Assembly: GCA_965644295.1 (NCBI GenBank)
Contig: CBFFRP010000255.1
Span: 186,001-250,000, forward strand
Reading direction: 5' to 3'
Source of the DNA: Paraphysomonas bandaiensis
Lineage: Eukaryota > Protista > Chrysophyceae
Length of the DNA: 64,000 nt
Positions 24,708-43,853 of the stretch are shown piece after piece. A program made the position numbers and the translations under genes. The notes under the pieces were generated by a model. That model had not been told where the DNA came from. It did no database searches and saw only the letters and a program-made list of their open reading frames with translations. Numbering within the stretch: position 1 is the first letter of the stretch; the number at the start of each line of letters is the position of its first letter.

Positions 24708-27542
24708 TCAAGAGACATGGGAGTGAATTCCCACTCCGAATTTTCGGTGTAAAAGCGTACGAAACCTCTCCAAAGAATAACGACAGCGGATCGGAATCGC
24801 ACCTTCAATATCAGCAAGGGCCAATTTTCCGATATCACGTAGGCGCCAATTCTGCAACAGCGTTGTGGCCAAGTAAAAATTAATCGAAGGAAACAACTGA
24901 AGAAATTCACCTTTACTATATGTTAGATATGTATACGTAAAGCGGTAAAAATGACTTACAATGGGCGGTGAAGACTTGGTTGTTTGCCACATGGGAAAGC
25001 ATTGGCCTTTCTTTATAAGTAGATATTAGCTCTCCGTATTGCACAGCAGAATGCTTCGCAGCCTCTACGCATGCAGCGCTAATAATCGATGCTACAGAGA
25101 GATTGCATGCCTGTCGCACAATAACAGCACAGGGGAACTGTGATACAGACTGGAAAAGAGATACCAGCGCTTCAGAATTGACTTCATCTTCATCTGTCAT
25201 TAGAACTACTAGCCAGAGTGTGTCGAACTTAAAGGCCTGCTTTGTAAGGTTGCGCAAGTACACTTTAAAATCACTTCGACAGTGTAGAACCCATACGGGA
25301 AGTAAACACACGGCCGTTACCTCATCGACAATAAAAGATACTGGTGGCTGTAGTGGGGCATCCACACATCGGATTCCGTGCTTTTGACTTAGGAGAGCAG
25401 CAAACACTGGGCTCTCTACTAGTAAGTCCTCGGATACTAAGATCTCCAGTCCGAGAAGAGAAGATCCATGAGGTGCACCTTTCGAGGGGATGCTAAGAGA
25501 CTTTTGAATGTCTGTAGTGGTAGAGGAAAATGGTAGAGGATAAGGAGGTAAAATTTCGCGCTGAAATGCAGCTTCATTTCCTTGCACGACACAATTCTCC
25601 TCCTCAGGTTGTCCTCCATGGACCAGCATATAAGTTCGTATCATACTCTCCATTCCCTCAGTCATGGCGCCGTAAGCTATACCTGTGCGTGATCTTTTCT
25701 TTCTATATTCGTCCCCATGTTCAAACTCATTTCCCCAACTTTTATTTATTGTGTGAGGTCGTTTTATACCAGAGATAGTGGTAGTTTCTTTCCTCTGCGA
25801 TTGTGCATTCCCATTTTCATGACATATATTATTTTCGGATCGAGGGCTTCGTGGCTGCATGTTAACAACAGCTACTTCATCTCCCGGGTCAGACTGAGTA
25901 ACGAGCTCCGCACACTCTTTTTCTTTTTCTTCATCCACTGATGACCGCGCTACGTCATGACAGTCATCTTCATTGTCGATGTCATCAGCCGTACTTCTAA
26001 GCGATTCATCGTCCCCTATCCCTATGACAACTACTGGAAAAAGCATTTTCGTAGTTTCACAGTCACTTAATTCTAGATACGATCCCGAAACAACAGCAGA
26101 AGAATATACCTCATGATCTATCAGCCGGCTCCCTCTATTACCGAGCATCCTCTTCCAGGCACAGACTGGCGCAAGAGGACGAACTGTCGCAGATCCTTCA
26201 GGAAACAGCGAACTGTGCCAGTCTTGATATCGAACTTTCTTCTTCTGTTTATGGGAGGGCGGCAAGGGCAGATATCGCAGTCGAAAGATAGAGTTCAATA
26301 ACTCGTCCAACAGTCCTTCCCCTTCCATTGAAACACAAGTCTTCAAATGGGGTCGCGAACGTAAAGCTTTTATCTCCCTCCCTCCAATATCACTTATATG
26401 CCAGCAGTAAATTTGCAATAGCCTACCACCACTATCACTACACTCTCCCCTATTCTCCAGCAATATTCCAGGCACGTCTCCGGATTGCTCTTCATTGGAA
26501 TACGAGGCATGCACTCTGATCGTGGGCATCCAGGACATACCGCGACTGAGTTCACTCAAAGTGGGGGCTGGCTGTAATACCTTACTGGTCACAGGTGCGA
26601 CTAATCTTTTAGTTGGAGAACGAGTTGATGTACATAACTCGGAAGTAATCCCAGTAGCAATGCGTATCAAGCTAAAATCAGATAAGTACTGCAGGCTTAA
26701 GCCTCGAAAGAAAGTCTCAACTACAGTACTACCAGAAGAAGGACGCGTAAACACAGAATTTAGCTGAACGATAGCATCAATGTACGATGGCATAGCTCGA
26801 CTCGCAGGAAGCTTACAGCATTGTGTGGACACAATGTACTTAAAAGACATTGAAAAATTTGGCACCTTGTCTGTTGAAACATTGGCAGAATGGCAGATAG
26901 TCAATTCTTTTTCAAAATCGACCAAATTCGTACGTCTCAAACACTCTAATTGTTTCATACTGGTTACACCACTCACGAGATGACTGATGCCAGAGATAAA
27001 ATCACTGATGTCATCGTCAGTTGAGGTAAATATTGGGCAAAAGAGTTGCTTGTCAAGATCTGTACAGAACAGTCCAAATCTTTCGGTGTCGTAATCATTA
27101 CATATGGCTGAAGCAGCATTATTACTTATAGCTGGAAGAGATAGTTCACTCAAGCCTCCCCAGCTGTAATTCATCCACTCATGCAGCGCCATTCCCTTGA
27201 ACAGAACAGTGCTGTGGAGGGAAACGTCATCCCTATATCTCTCAGGCTCGCCGGATTGACTGGCGTGATGAAGTGTTTGTTGTTGTATCTTATGTATACT
27301 CGGCCTCTTTTGCTCAAAGTGTTTGCATTCAATGCAGGCAGCTGTCGCTAGAGGGAGCATGGACACCAACTGCTACTATTACTGAACCCCAACTCTAGAG
27401 TACGTATACTAACAGATACACATACAGCATCACAATTACTACTCATCATGTTGATGGGTGACACGATACGATAAGCCTCTATAGATACAGATATACTCGC
27501 GTCGAAGAAGTGTAGATTCGATATACTCACACTTCTCTTCAT
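24708..27542 (-). CDS. SHOC1: SHOC1/Zip2-like XPF-domain meiotic crossover protein
   Basis: C-terminal ILVSEDLL...LLSQKHGIRCVD...IVDEVTAVCL...LRNLTKQAFKFDTLWLVV, then after an intron (~24911-24959) EFLQLFPSINFYLATTLL (HhH-like). This matches my recollection of the SHOC1/C9orf84 XPF-like C-terminus. Exon 1 probably begins MKRSVSISNLHFF. Confidence 0.7.
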
Positions 27543-27597
27543 ACTTCGACCAATCACTTCCTAAGCATCTGGTTTGGTATCTAAATACAGCGTATGG

Positions 27598-28022
27598 TGT
27601 ATGTATGTATGTATGTATGTATGTAGGTAGGTAGGTAGGTATGTAGGTACAGTATGTGGGTACATGTATGTATGTATGTATGTATGTATGTATGTATGTA
27701 TGTATGTATGTATGTATGTATGTATGTATGTATGTATGTATGTATGTATGTATGTATGTATGTATGTATGTATGTATGTATGTATGTATGTATGTATGTA
27801 TGTATGTATGTATGTATGTATGTATGTATGTATGTATGTATGTATGTATGTATGTATGTATGTATGTATGTATGTATGTATGTATGTATGTATGTATGTA
27901 TGTATGTATGTATGTATGTATGTATGTATGTATGTATGTATGTATGTATGTATGTATGTATGTATGTATGTATGTATGTATGTATGTATGTATGTATGTA
28001 TGTATGTATGTATGTATGTATG

Positions 28023-28056
<34 letters not shown>

Positions 28057-28462
28057 TGTATGTATGTACGTATGTATGTATGTATGTATGTATGTATGTA
28101 TGTATGTATGTATGTATGTATGTATGTATGTATGTATGTATGTATGTATGTGTGTATGTATGTATGTATGTATGTATGTATGTATGTATGTATGTATGTA
28201 TGTATGTATGTATGTATGTATGTATGTATGTATGTATGTATGTATGTATGTATGTATGTATGTATGTATGTATGTATGTATGTATGTATGTATGTATGTA
28301 TGTATGTATGTATGTATGTATGTATGTATGTATGTATGTATGTATGTATGTATGTATGTATGTATGTATGTATGTATGTATGTATGTATGTATGTATGTA
28401 TGTATGTATGTATGTATGCATGTATGTATGTATGTATGTATGTATGTATGTATGTATGTATG
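27598..28462. repeat. (TATG)n microsatellite, ~865 bp
   Basis: Near-perfect tetranucleotide array with few interruptions. Confidence 0.99.
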
Positions 28463-28564
28463 TTAGAGTGTCCGTGTTGTGGGTACATCCATCTCTTTAT
28501 TATAAGGATCTATACAGAGCAGTTGTGCACAAGTTATAAGCCTAATAGACCTATTTTTTCCAGG

Positions 28565-29671
28565 ATGTCTGCGAAGTGTGGCATATGCATTAAATCAGTA
28601 TACCCGATGGACCCCCAGATTAATCTGGACGGTAGTTTGTATCACAAAACATGCGCTAAGTGCCAAGATTGCAAGTGTCAGATAACCATAGCTAACTTCA
28701 CTAAGAGCGGGGATACGCTGTTGTGTAAGACTCATTATTTTAAGAGATTTAATGAACAAGGTACTTACCTGGGAGGAGAGAAATTCAGCCAGCAGAGTGA
28801 CCGAAAGAATGTAAGCTATCAGCCTCCTCAGGCATCTGAAGCCACACCACAATCGACTCAGCAGACGCATAGTTCGACCGGTATATGTACTCGTGCTATA
28901 TATTTGTTGTATGCGCTTATAGTTTGTTGTCCAGTGCGTCCTGCTGAGCCAGCTCAACCCCAAGGTAGTGTCAAGGACAGACTGAAGATGTTCGGAGGAG
29001 GAGCAGGAAATCGTACCCTATGTGCCCAGTGCAACAAGGCTGTCTATCCCAATGACCCGCAGATTACACTTGATGGTGTAGTATACCATAAGCAATGTGC
29101 GAAGTGCATCGAATGCAAGTGTCAAATTACGATACAGAACTTTACGAAGGACGGAACAACATTGTATTGCAAGACCCATTACTTCAAAAAGTTTCGTGAG
29201 GAAGGTACTTATTTGGGAGGAGAAAAATATAAATCCACCCAAAATAAGGTGGGACCTCCGAAGGGCGCTACGGTAGATGTCGTGGAGGACACCCAAGGGG
29301 ATATGGGAGTGAAAATGGTGCCCGACACACCCGACACTTCCACAGAGGAGTTGCAAGTGAGCGCAGATAAACTAGGAAAAGAAGAGAGTTCCAATTCTTC
29401 TGTTGAAATGCAGGAAGAAAGCTCTTCTACTCCAGCTGCAGATCAAAAGGAACCTGGGACAGTGGCCCCTGATACAGTGGAGGATACAGCGGTTTCTGCC
29501 AACGAACTCATTTCCAACCCTGTTGAGGATAACACTACCACCGAGAAAGAGGATGAAGGTGACGAGGAAACGAATACTGCGGATATCGCTAAAGATGACC
29601 TGGTTACAGGTACTCCAGAACTGACAAATATGTCTGCGGGATCAACTGAGGAACTTGTTACAGGAGTATAA
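28565..29671 (+). CDS. Two-LIM-domain protein with acidic tail
   Basis: Two CxxC...YHKxCAKCxxC...LxCKTHY LIM domains; probable in-frame 54-nt intron at 28881-28934. Confidence 0.92.
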   Translation: MSAKCGICIKSVYPMDPQINLDGSLYHKTCAKCQDCKCQITIANFTKSGDTLLCKTHYFKRFNEQGTYLGGEKFSQQSDRKNVSYQPPQASEATPQSTQQTHSSTGICTRAIYLLYALIVCCPVRPAEPAQPQGSVKDRLKMFGGGAGNRTLCAQCNKAVYPNDPQITLDGVVYHKQCAKCIECKCQITIQNFTKDGTTLYCKTHYFKKFREEGTYLGGEKYKSTQNKVGPPKGATVDVVEDTQGDMGVKMVPDTPDTSTEELQVSADKLGKEESSNSSVEMQEESSSTPAADQKEPGTVAPDTVEDTAVSANELISNPVEDNTTTEKEDEGDEETNTADIAKDDLVTGTPELTNMSAGSTEELVTGV

Positions 29672-30130
29672 CCCTGTGGTGTAATCTATGATCTATGATA
29701 TCTGCTAGTGGATTTGTGTATCTCGATAGATCTAATATCATAGTACAGAATACTGGTATGTTTCTATTAGTAGAAATTCTGTTATCGCTATATAGGACAT
29801 CGCTTATGTTCTGTATATTCCGTAGATGAGGTTGTGACATTAATAATAGGAGTTTTGTTAGTACATTGTCCATCGCACACTGCGATACAACGGAGTAAAC
29901 ATTGAGCACCGACACATTATATATAATTGCAGTATATATGTATGTATACAATATTTAATAGCAAGAATAACCTATCCACTATTACTTTATTAACTAGTTT
30001 CGAGGGATTGTCATTTATTTCCATACTATCTGAAATTATGGCAATAAAATATATTTATATTTCGACACCAATAGCCTTATTATACTATTATACCGCACCA
30101 CAAAAAATGTGTAAAAATCATTTATATTAG

Positions 30131-30818
30131 CAGGCTTGCGTAACAATTAATTGGCAATTAATTGGTGACAGGTGTCCAACAATAATAATTGCAATTATTA
30201 ATCAAGCATCCAATTGTTGGCAATGCAATTAATTGGCAATTATTGCCAATTAGTTGCCTTTCATTCTATTGATAGATTTTAGAAGAACTTTTTGAACTAT
30301 AATCTCATCCCAAAGAAACAACATTAACATTTTTACGCAGAAAATTCTGAATTATAATCTCATCCCAAAGAAACAACATTAACATTTTCACGCAGAAAAT
30401 TCAACATTTCAAGATATCTAGGTGTTATTCGCTAGCGAAAATCTAGTCATAACAATCTTAGCTCTCCTGCTAAACAACCTAACATTGGTTGTGCTGTACA
30501 AATACTTCATGCAACGATATCGTGTTGGAAGTTTGATGCATGCTTCTTAGTTTCGGTTGTATTTAAGTATACGAATGGCCTCGTCTTCCTCCTTCTCATC
30601 CCTAATTAACCCTAATTACGATTAATAAAATGATAACGTGACTGTGCACATACATCCATACTACTATGCTAACATAAAATGGGTGTGTACCTAACATCAG
30701 TAGCTAGATATCGTAAGATGCTATATATAATTTAGCCAGCCAATTAATTGGCAAGATTTACCAATAATTATAATTGAAATTATCACTTTCAAAACCAATT
30801 AATTGTTACGCAAGCCTG
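30131..30818. mobile_element. hAT-type MITE (688 bp)
   Basis: Perfect 24-bp TIRs CAGGCTTGCGTAACAATTAATTGG. 8-bp TSD TATATTAG/TACATTAG (7/8 match). Internal ~50-bp tandem duplication at 30298-30402. Confidence 0.9.
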
Positions 30819-30829
30819 TACATTAGGTA

Positions 30830-36782
<5,953 letters not shown>

Positions 36783-38101
36783 AACAGTGCTAGTAGATCT
36801 CTTATAAAGGAATGCAGAGAATAAGAGCTCCTGCAGAGGCAGTGGTTCGATATGGGATCATTGGGCGTGTCTCCAGCGCTCCTCAAGAGTCTCTATGCAT
36901 GTTATTGCAGTACGAGTACGCACACCGAGCTGAATACGTCTGTATTCCTGTGCGTCATATCTTTGGACTGGATACTGCTACGGTATTATTATGCAGGTAT
37001 ACTGCTGTATGTATTCCTACTACCGGCTCCGTCTCAATACGGAATACGGTCCCAATACCACGGAATACAGCATCATAGTATCCAGCAGTACGAAGTGTAT
37101 CATATCTACAGTGCCTTGGTGCGGTATCATGTCCAGACCGCCCATACGATCATATCACACACAGGAGTTCCTGCTCGTATCTCCTATATGATAACTACTG
37201 ACAGAGCACTCACGAATTGCTCATATATGGCGATGAATGCGAATAACGCAAGGACTCCTGCAGGTAGTTGGCTCTTGCTAACATCATGAACAGTCTGTGA
37301 TATGCTGCAGCATCCGAAGTCCATATATAGAACTGATGAGATGTACTTGACGGCTCACTGATGTGCTTTGATTGTGAGTATTGCATGTGTAATATATGCG
37401 AGGAGAGTATTGGTGACGATGGAAGCGGCAGAGGTGTTATCTATGCCGAGATTTTGGTACTCATCGACTCAAGATATGAAGTTGAAAGATCGGCATACAT
37501 GTATACTAAATTTGTCCTCTGCACACCGAATACTTGTGAACGACTTGTGAAGCACTACTACGCTTATAACTTATATGCAGATTATGATAGAGAGCTTTTT
37601 TTAAACGTGTAGAAGTTTGTTTATGAAGCTTTATATTTAATTGTTGAGCGTATTAAAAACTATTACAAAAATTGACATGTCAAACTTTCAGTACTGTTCC
37701 CTATCTCTGATTTGAACCCTTTTGTTCATTGCTAATCTGTCAGTTTGATAGGTGGTGGACTGTTCAGATGATTATTTATATGATTGATAATCATTTTAAT
37801 TTGAGAAAAGTTCAAATCGTCTGCTTAGATAGTTGATTATTAGTGCACACTATAGCGCACTTATGATTTATCATCGCGATTCTTTTCGTATGCGATTCAT
37901 TATGGGGTGAACTGTAATTATAAACCAAAAAATATTAACACATGCATTGGGAAATAGCGTCTTTTTACATTGTATCAGCCAAACATAATCTCCAATATAT
38001 GCTGTGGTTCAATTAAATTACACCCACATTGCTGTCATATATTTAATTCAAAAGCAGTTAACCTCGCATATATTAGCGTATCATTCTCTATTTAATTGTA
38101 T

Positions 38102-40528
38102 TCAAGAGTCATCAATTTGGCCCAAAGCGCTCTGCTTCTCCTCCAAAAGTTTAATCGCGTCTTCAAGCTGCTGTGCAGCCTCGTCTCTGATGAGCGCCGC
38201 CTGGAAGATTGTAAGACAAACTATAACAATGATCAATTCTAACCTTTTGATGCGCAATATAAAAATCCGCGATCTCTTCTTTTTCATCAGAGTTAGGCTG
38301 CCGGCCATGTGAATTTTGAAATTCTGATATCCAATTCTTTATCCTACTCTTTATTGCAGATTTTTCTTCAATAGCCTTCTCAACAGCGGACTTCTTCTCA
38401 CCCACTATCTCTTCCAAAACGGCAATCTCATTGAGAAGATATTCTTTATCAGTATATTTATTCGGCCGCGCTTTCTCAACAGGACTCTTTGAGTCAGGTG
38501 AAGATTGACGCTTGCGTTGTTCTGTCTTACTGTGCGGATAAGGAGTTGGAAATTGCTTACGATAATCGGTTTCATCGCTTTCCTTTTTCTTAAACCTCGT
38601 ATCGAGAGGGGCAGGGGAGTTGTCGGCAGAGTATGAGGCAGACAGCTCCCGGCTCAGAGTACGCAGCTGATCAGGAGAGAGTACAAGAGGACCAGGCTGA
38701 ATTGTGGGAGTGTCTTCACTGGTTAGTAGAGACGGTCCTTCGCTGCGTGCTCTATTAGCTTCACTAGTTTTCAGTTGTGATAGCTCTTTTTTCAATTTAT
38801 CAGTCTCGAATTGGAAATCTCGTTCTTTTTGCTTTCCGTTCTCGATCTCTGCACTCAGCTTCCTCTTGAGTACAACAACCTCCTCTGCGAGTTCGTCTCT
38901 CTCCTCTCGCAGTACGTAGAATTTACTTTCTAGCGTTTTTCTTGTAGACTGAAGGCGTTCTGCTGCTTCTTCTTCTTTCTCTTGTATCTCCTTACGACAC
39001 TCCTCCAGTTGTTTACTAAGACTTAAATGCTTGTTACGAGAAGTCTCCGCATCGTAGGATATGGTGCTGAGTTTGTCCTGCATTTGCTGGCGTTCCCGTT
39101 CAAACCGAACACGTGCATCTTCATACTCTCGTTGCACTGTTGCAGTTCGTGCCCGTTCAGATTCTACTGCTGCCTGAGAGGCCTGTAACTTGTCCTGGAG
39201 AATCTTTTTGTCGAACTCAGAGCTGCTCGCAAGTTCATCACGCAATCGCTCGATGCGCTCGCGCTCCCTGTGCTCTTTGTTTAGCTCTGACTGAAGATAG
39301 GCCGCTTGTTCATTCATTGATTGGATCATAGCACGAGAATTCTTAAGCTCTTCCATTGCGGCTTCCCTTCCTCCAGCATTTTGTTGAGCAGAGTCTTTAA
39401 GCTGCCCCTCCATTTGCTGTATCTTCGACTCCAGCTTCTTTTTCTCATCCTCCTCTAGGTATATTATTTTCGTCAGGTCATTGATGCGTTCAGTAAACGC
39501 TCTTGATTGCTCAGTGGAAGCTTTAATACGTTCTTCAATTACCACATCGTGATTCGCAAGCTCTTCCAGTTTCTTCATAACAGCCTTGCTTCCACCTCCT
39601 CCCCGAGATATGTGGTTTAGCTCAGCTCGGAGCATCGTTATCTTTTCCTCATGATCTGATACTGTCTCTATCAGCTGGTGTATGATATGTCTTTCGGACT
39701 TAACACCGTCGTCCTGTTGACTGAATTGCTTGTTAGCAGGAGCCGAAGTCGGGCGACTATGTGGTCGAGTTTTGGTAGGCAACGAGCGGAAACCTGGGGG
39801 ATGGGGGGTGTTGTACGGATTACGGGAGGACTCCATTGCGGGAGACCGACTACGTCCCCTCCTACTTCCTGCAGACTGCGGAAACAACAGTCAGGTAATT
39901 TTAATACATTACACGCACGAGCTACCTTAGATGAGGATCTGTCCTTATCACTCTCAGGATACGCATTGTCTAAACCGTTCAATAATCTGTGGAGCTCTTT
40001 AGGGGGCATCAGTCGAGGTTGTGGAGACCCATCGGCCCGATCAGGTAAAAAACCATCAAAACATCTATCACCATCCTCATTTTGTTGACTAACTCGAGAT
40101 AATATCCCTTCCTTCATGAGCATGTTTACATCCCCATTTAGCTGTCTTATAGTTGATTCAATCGTGTCTAGGCGATCCTTGATACATCGGGTATGTAAAA
40201 GGTGTATATCGATATGTTCCACATTTATATCATATCCACATACACTTGTCAACGCGTCCACACGTCGCGAAAGGGTGTCAAAACTACTGGATGTCACGCT
40301 CTTCGAGTACCTGTCTGGATCGTCAACTGCAGCAGATAACTTTTCAACTTTCGACTCCACTGATTCAACATACTTGCTAAGTCTATTTACAATAGCTAGA
40401 GTTTCTTTTCTTTCTTGTACGATTTCGTCATATCGCGAATTGTATGTGTCTTGCACTTTAGTCATGAACACGCTCATTTGCTGCTCAACAACAGATGCAA
40501 CAAAATCCTCAACCTTCTTCTTTTCCAT
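38102..40528 (-). CDS. Large coiled-coil protein with a C-terminal FAM13/Sld2-like motif
   Basis: Extensive heptad-rich sequence. C-terminal KSRIKNWISEFQNSHGRQPNSDEK motif. ORFs 39671-40597, 38163-39887 and 38102-38308 joined by introns. Confidence 0.75.
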
Positions 40529-40886
40529 AGTGCGATAAGTCTTGAATATACTGTATACAACACGTTTATAGGGTACACAAGTATGAGCGTTGTACAATGC
40601 TCTACTATATCAGTACACAGACCTTTGAATAATGCTGCCTATTTCTTTGTCGCTCGGATCATCTCAACTGCCGGTATAGCATTGTAGTATGTAGGTTCCT
40701 ACCATATACACACACCTACAGACTGTATCTATATATACCTCCGACCTACGACCCCTCATACATACATACATACAGTCACAGTCACGCTCCGCTTATCCAC
40801 AGCGTTCATACACTAACTTCCTATTCGTAAAACTGACGATAAATTTTAGGAAAGTTCTTATTTTTTTTTCAGCATTACTTCGTATC

Positions 40887-40945
40887 TACAGCAGTATACC
40901 TCGACGACTACAGTTGTATTACAGAGCCATGTCCTACAGCAGTAT
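40887..40945 (+). promoter_or_regulatory. Candidate promoter motif TACAGCAGTAT (two copies) in a bidirectional promoter
   Basis: The same 11-mer recurs at 18785, 36999, 43068 and 63449, mostly in 5' intergenic DNA. Confidence 0.5.
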
Positions 40946-41169
40946 CAGCAAGGTAGTCTGCTGTATACCCAAAGGATCTCAGCCATGAACAGCAAATGCA
41001 CTCTAGAAACAACGAACACATCCAACATACGGCATACACATACATATCCAGATACACGTACACGTACACATACATACATGCCTCTATAGCAGAGCAGACA
41101 GCAGTGGACCCTCCATATACACAGCCATATCCATACACCACATTGTCAGACGACCGAATATATCTCACT

Positions 41170-42118
41170 ATGGCGTATCGCATTTACGTGGGCAATCTTC
41201 CAATGGATGTGAAGGAGAGAGAGGTGGAGGATTTGTTTTATAAATATGGCCGCATACGCGACATCGACCTAAAGACTCCATCTCGCCCTCCCGCTTATGC
41301 TTTCGTGTCATTTGAGTATCAGGAGGATGCAGATGCAGCTATAAGAGGAAGGTATAGTTTAGTATAGTGATGAACTTGTTCGTTATGTCACACTGCACTA
41401 TAGAGATGGATATGACTTTGACGGCGACCGTCTGCGTGTTGAATACTCCAAGGGTAGTCGCGGCTCTGACCGTGGTGACTTCCGTCGCGATAATCGCGGC
41501 CGTGGTGGAGGCCGTCGAAGTGACTGGCGCGTGATTGTGACTCGACTCCCTCGATCTGCCAGCTGGCAGGATTTAAAGGACTTCATGCGTAGAGCAGGGG
41601 ACGTTATCTATGCCGACGTTGATAGCAATGGAGATGGCATTGTGGAATACAGTAATGAGGATGACATGGAAAATGCTGTTCGCAAATTGGATGACACAGA
41701 ATTCAAGAACCCTTTTGACCGGTCATATGTTCGTGTCAAATTTGCGGATCGCGGACGCGACCGCAGCAGGAGCAGATCCAGGGATCGCCACCGCCGGAGT
41801 CGCAGCAGAGACAGCAGAAGTGGTAGTCGAGATCGCGATAGGGGATCATCTCGCCGGGATAGATCAGGTTCCCGCAGTCGTAGTAGGTCGCGTAGCGGCA
41901 GTGGGGGCCGTAGAGGAAGAAAGGACCGCAGCAGAAGCGCCTCGAGGTCCAGGTCCGTCAGTGTACGAGATGACCGTCGCCGCGCCTCCCGCTCTGCCTC
42001 CCGGTCTCCTTCTAGGTCAAAGTCTCGTTCACCTTCCCCTGCCAGAGGGGGTAGACAAGAGGAAAATGGATCATCTAGACGACGCAGCCCTAGCCGCAGT
42101 CCAAGCGCTGAGGCGTAG
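41170..42118 (+). CDS. SRSF1: SR splicing factor, SRSF1/ASF-SF2 family
   Basis: RRM1 ([15 protein letters not shown]), pseudo-RRM signature [12 protein letters not shown] tail; one intron at ~41352-41403. Confidence 0.93.
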
Positions 42119-43175
42119 ATGCTTTTGCGGATGAATGACAGTACCCTTGTGTAACAGATGCCCCTGTTGGAGGGGAGGTGGGTGCTGTATGCGTTTCTGT
42201 AGTCTACGTTAAGTAGCAGTTGGTTGATGTTAGGTAACGTGTGTGGGCTTCACAATGTCATTTTTTCTAATAATACTACGTTTCAGTGACGCTATAGCGA
42301 TATTTTCCCATTTACTTGTCATGAGATAGGAGATAGAAAGAGTTTATGTATGCTCTCGCTAGGTTTTATGTGATTTCATGCAGGGGAAAGATGAGCTACC
42401 ATAAAACCCAGTGTTTTAGCAATAACATGGGACCGATAGCGAATATGTAGTATTGTGGCTTGTGACCCACTTCAGAAAGACTAAGACATATTGATGTAGT
42501 AACTACTGCAGTGGAGAGGTCCACCAGAACATCTACAGACTATTGAGGGAGACCGCCAGTAATTCATTAAGTGAGAGAGAATACAGTATTGTGGTGCTGT
42601 CTGTCATCACGATTAATGGGCTCCACTATCTACCAATATTGATGGAATATTTGACCAGTCCACCAATCAATATATTTTACAATATATTGTTCCCTATCCC
42701 TGCTATCTACTATATATGCAGAAGGAGGATAGAGCTGACAATAGGCGTGTAAGAGTCACAACTTGTTGTAAGGCAATAACAAGCCACAAGTTGATAGTAA
42801 TGATAGTGTTATTAGCTTGTTTTATCAGAGGTTATCTGTGATAATAATGACTAGCATTCTAATCTATCTTCTATCACAGACTACACCTACAGCTCACCGC
42901 TTGGGCACATATATATGTATATGCCCTTACTCTATACCAATCCACTGTACATATCCTACACCGTATTGTCATCATACACCGTATAATGGTATACCGTTAC
43001 CCTACTGTAGCTGGCTGTCTACACTGTATATATCCTGTATACTATACATCCACAGTATTGTGCAATATACAGCAGTATACTATCAAACCAAGCTTTCACT
43101 CCAATGACAGCCAACCTCCTATACGGGGATGACAACACAACTAATGTAGCATTACATTTTATCTAACTACTGCAT

Positions 43176-43273
43176 GCTGCGTATCAATTAATTGCGATAA
43201 TTGAAATTGAGACATCAAGTAATAATTGCAATTATAATTGACTACAATCTGCGTCAATTAATTGATACGCAGC
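43176..43273. mobile_element. Tiny MITE (~100 bp) of the same TIR family
   Basis: Perfect 19-bp inverted repeat GCTGCGTATCAATTAATTG...CAATTAATTGATACGCAGC. Confidence 0.75.
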
Positions 43274-43853
43274 CTTATTGTTCCTACACTACTTTGATCT
43301 ATTATACACATTTCTAACAATTGTTACTTGAGTTCAATGTTAAAGAAGAATTATATATTTACTATTGGCAAGATAGTTTATGTATTCTATTAACATTAAC
43401 ATGATATATCATTACACAAGCTAAATACGTTATGCATAACTTCCAAAACCCTTGCAAAATGAAGCAACACTTCATAGTTTCTAGATAACTACAAAACACT
43501 ATAAAATATAATTCCGCTATGTTGTTTACGTCACAAAAAGATAATCACGCAATATATATTACGAGTGTAGAGGACGCAAATCACAACATGTTCATCCGTA
43601 CTTTAATTATAAATTTAACTGAGCTGTCTCAATATTACGTCAAAAACAGAACTGAGTAAGGAGGCATTTGTAGATATATTCTGCGGTACGTATACCACCA
43701 ATCGCATTTACATCACAGCAATGCAGTACAGCAGTGTATTTCCCAACACTTTTCCGACATTTCAAGAGAAATGTATTCAAAAGATGCACATAATTTCATT
43801 TATATTAAGAATAAATAATACATATATCTAATATAAGGACGTCCGGAAAAAAT

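Noticed and set aside
27439-28539. Long MYVC/HTYI ORFs and the apparent 671-aa LIM fusion
   Set aside because: Translation artefacts of (TATG)n; the LIM gene starts at ATG 28565.
37228-37612. Possible small Cys-rich gene on the + strand
   Set aside because: Could not build a convincing spliced model or recognise a domain; kept only as a predicted partner site.
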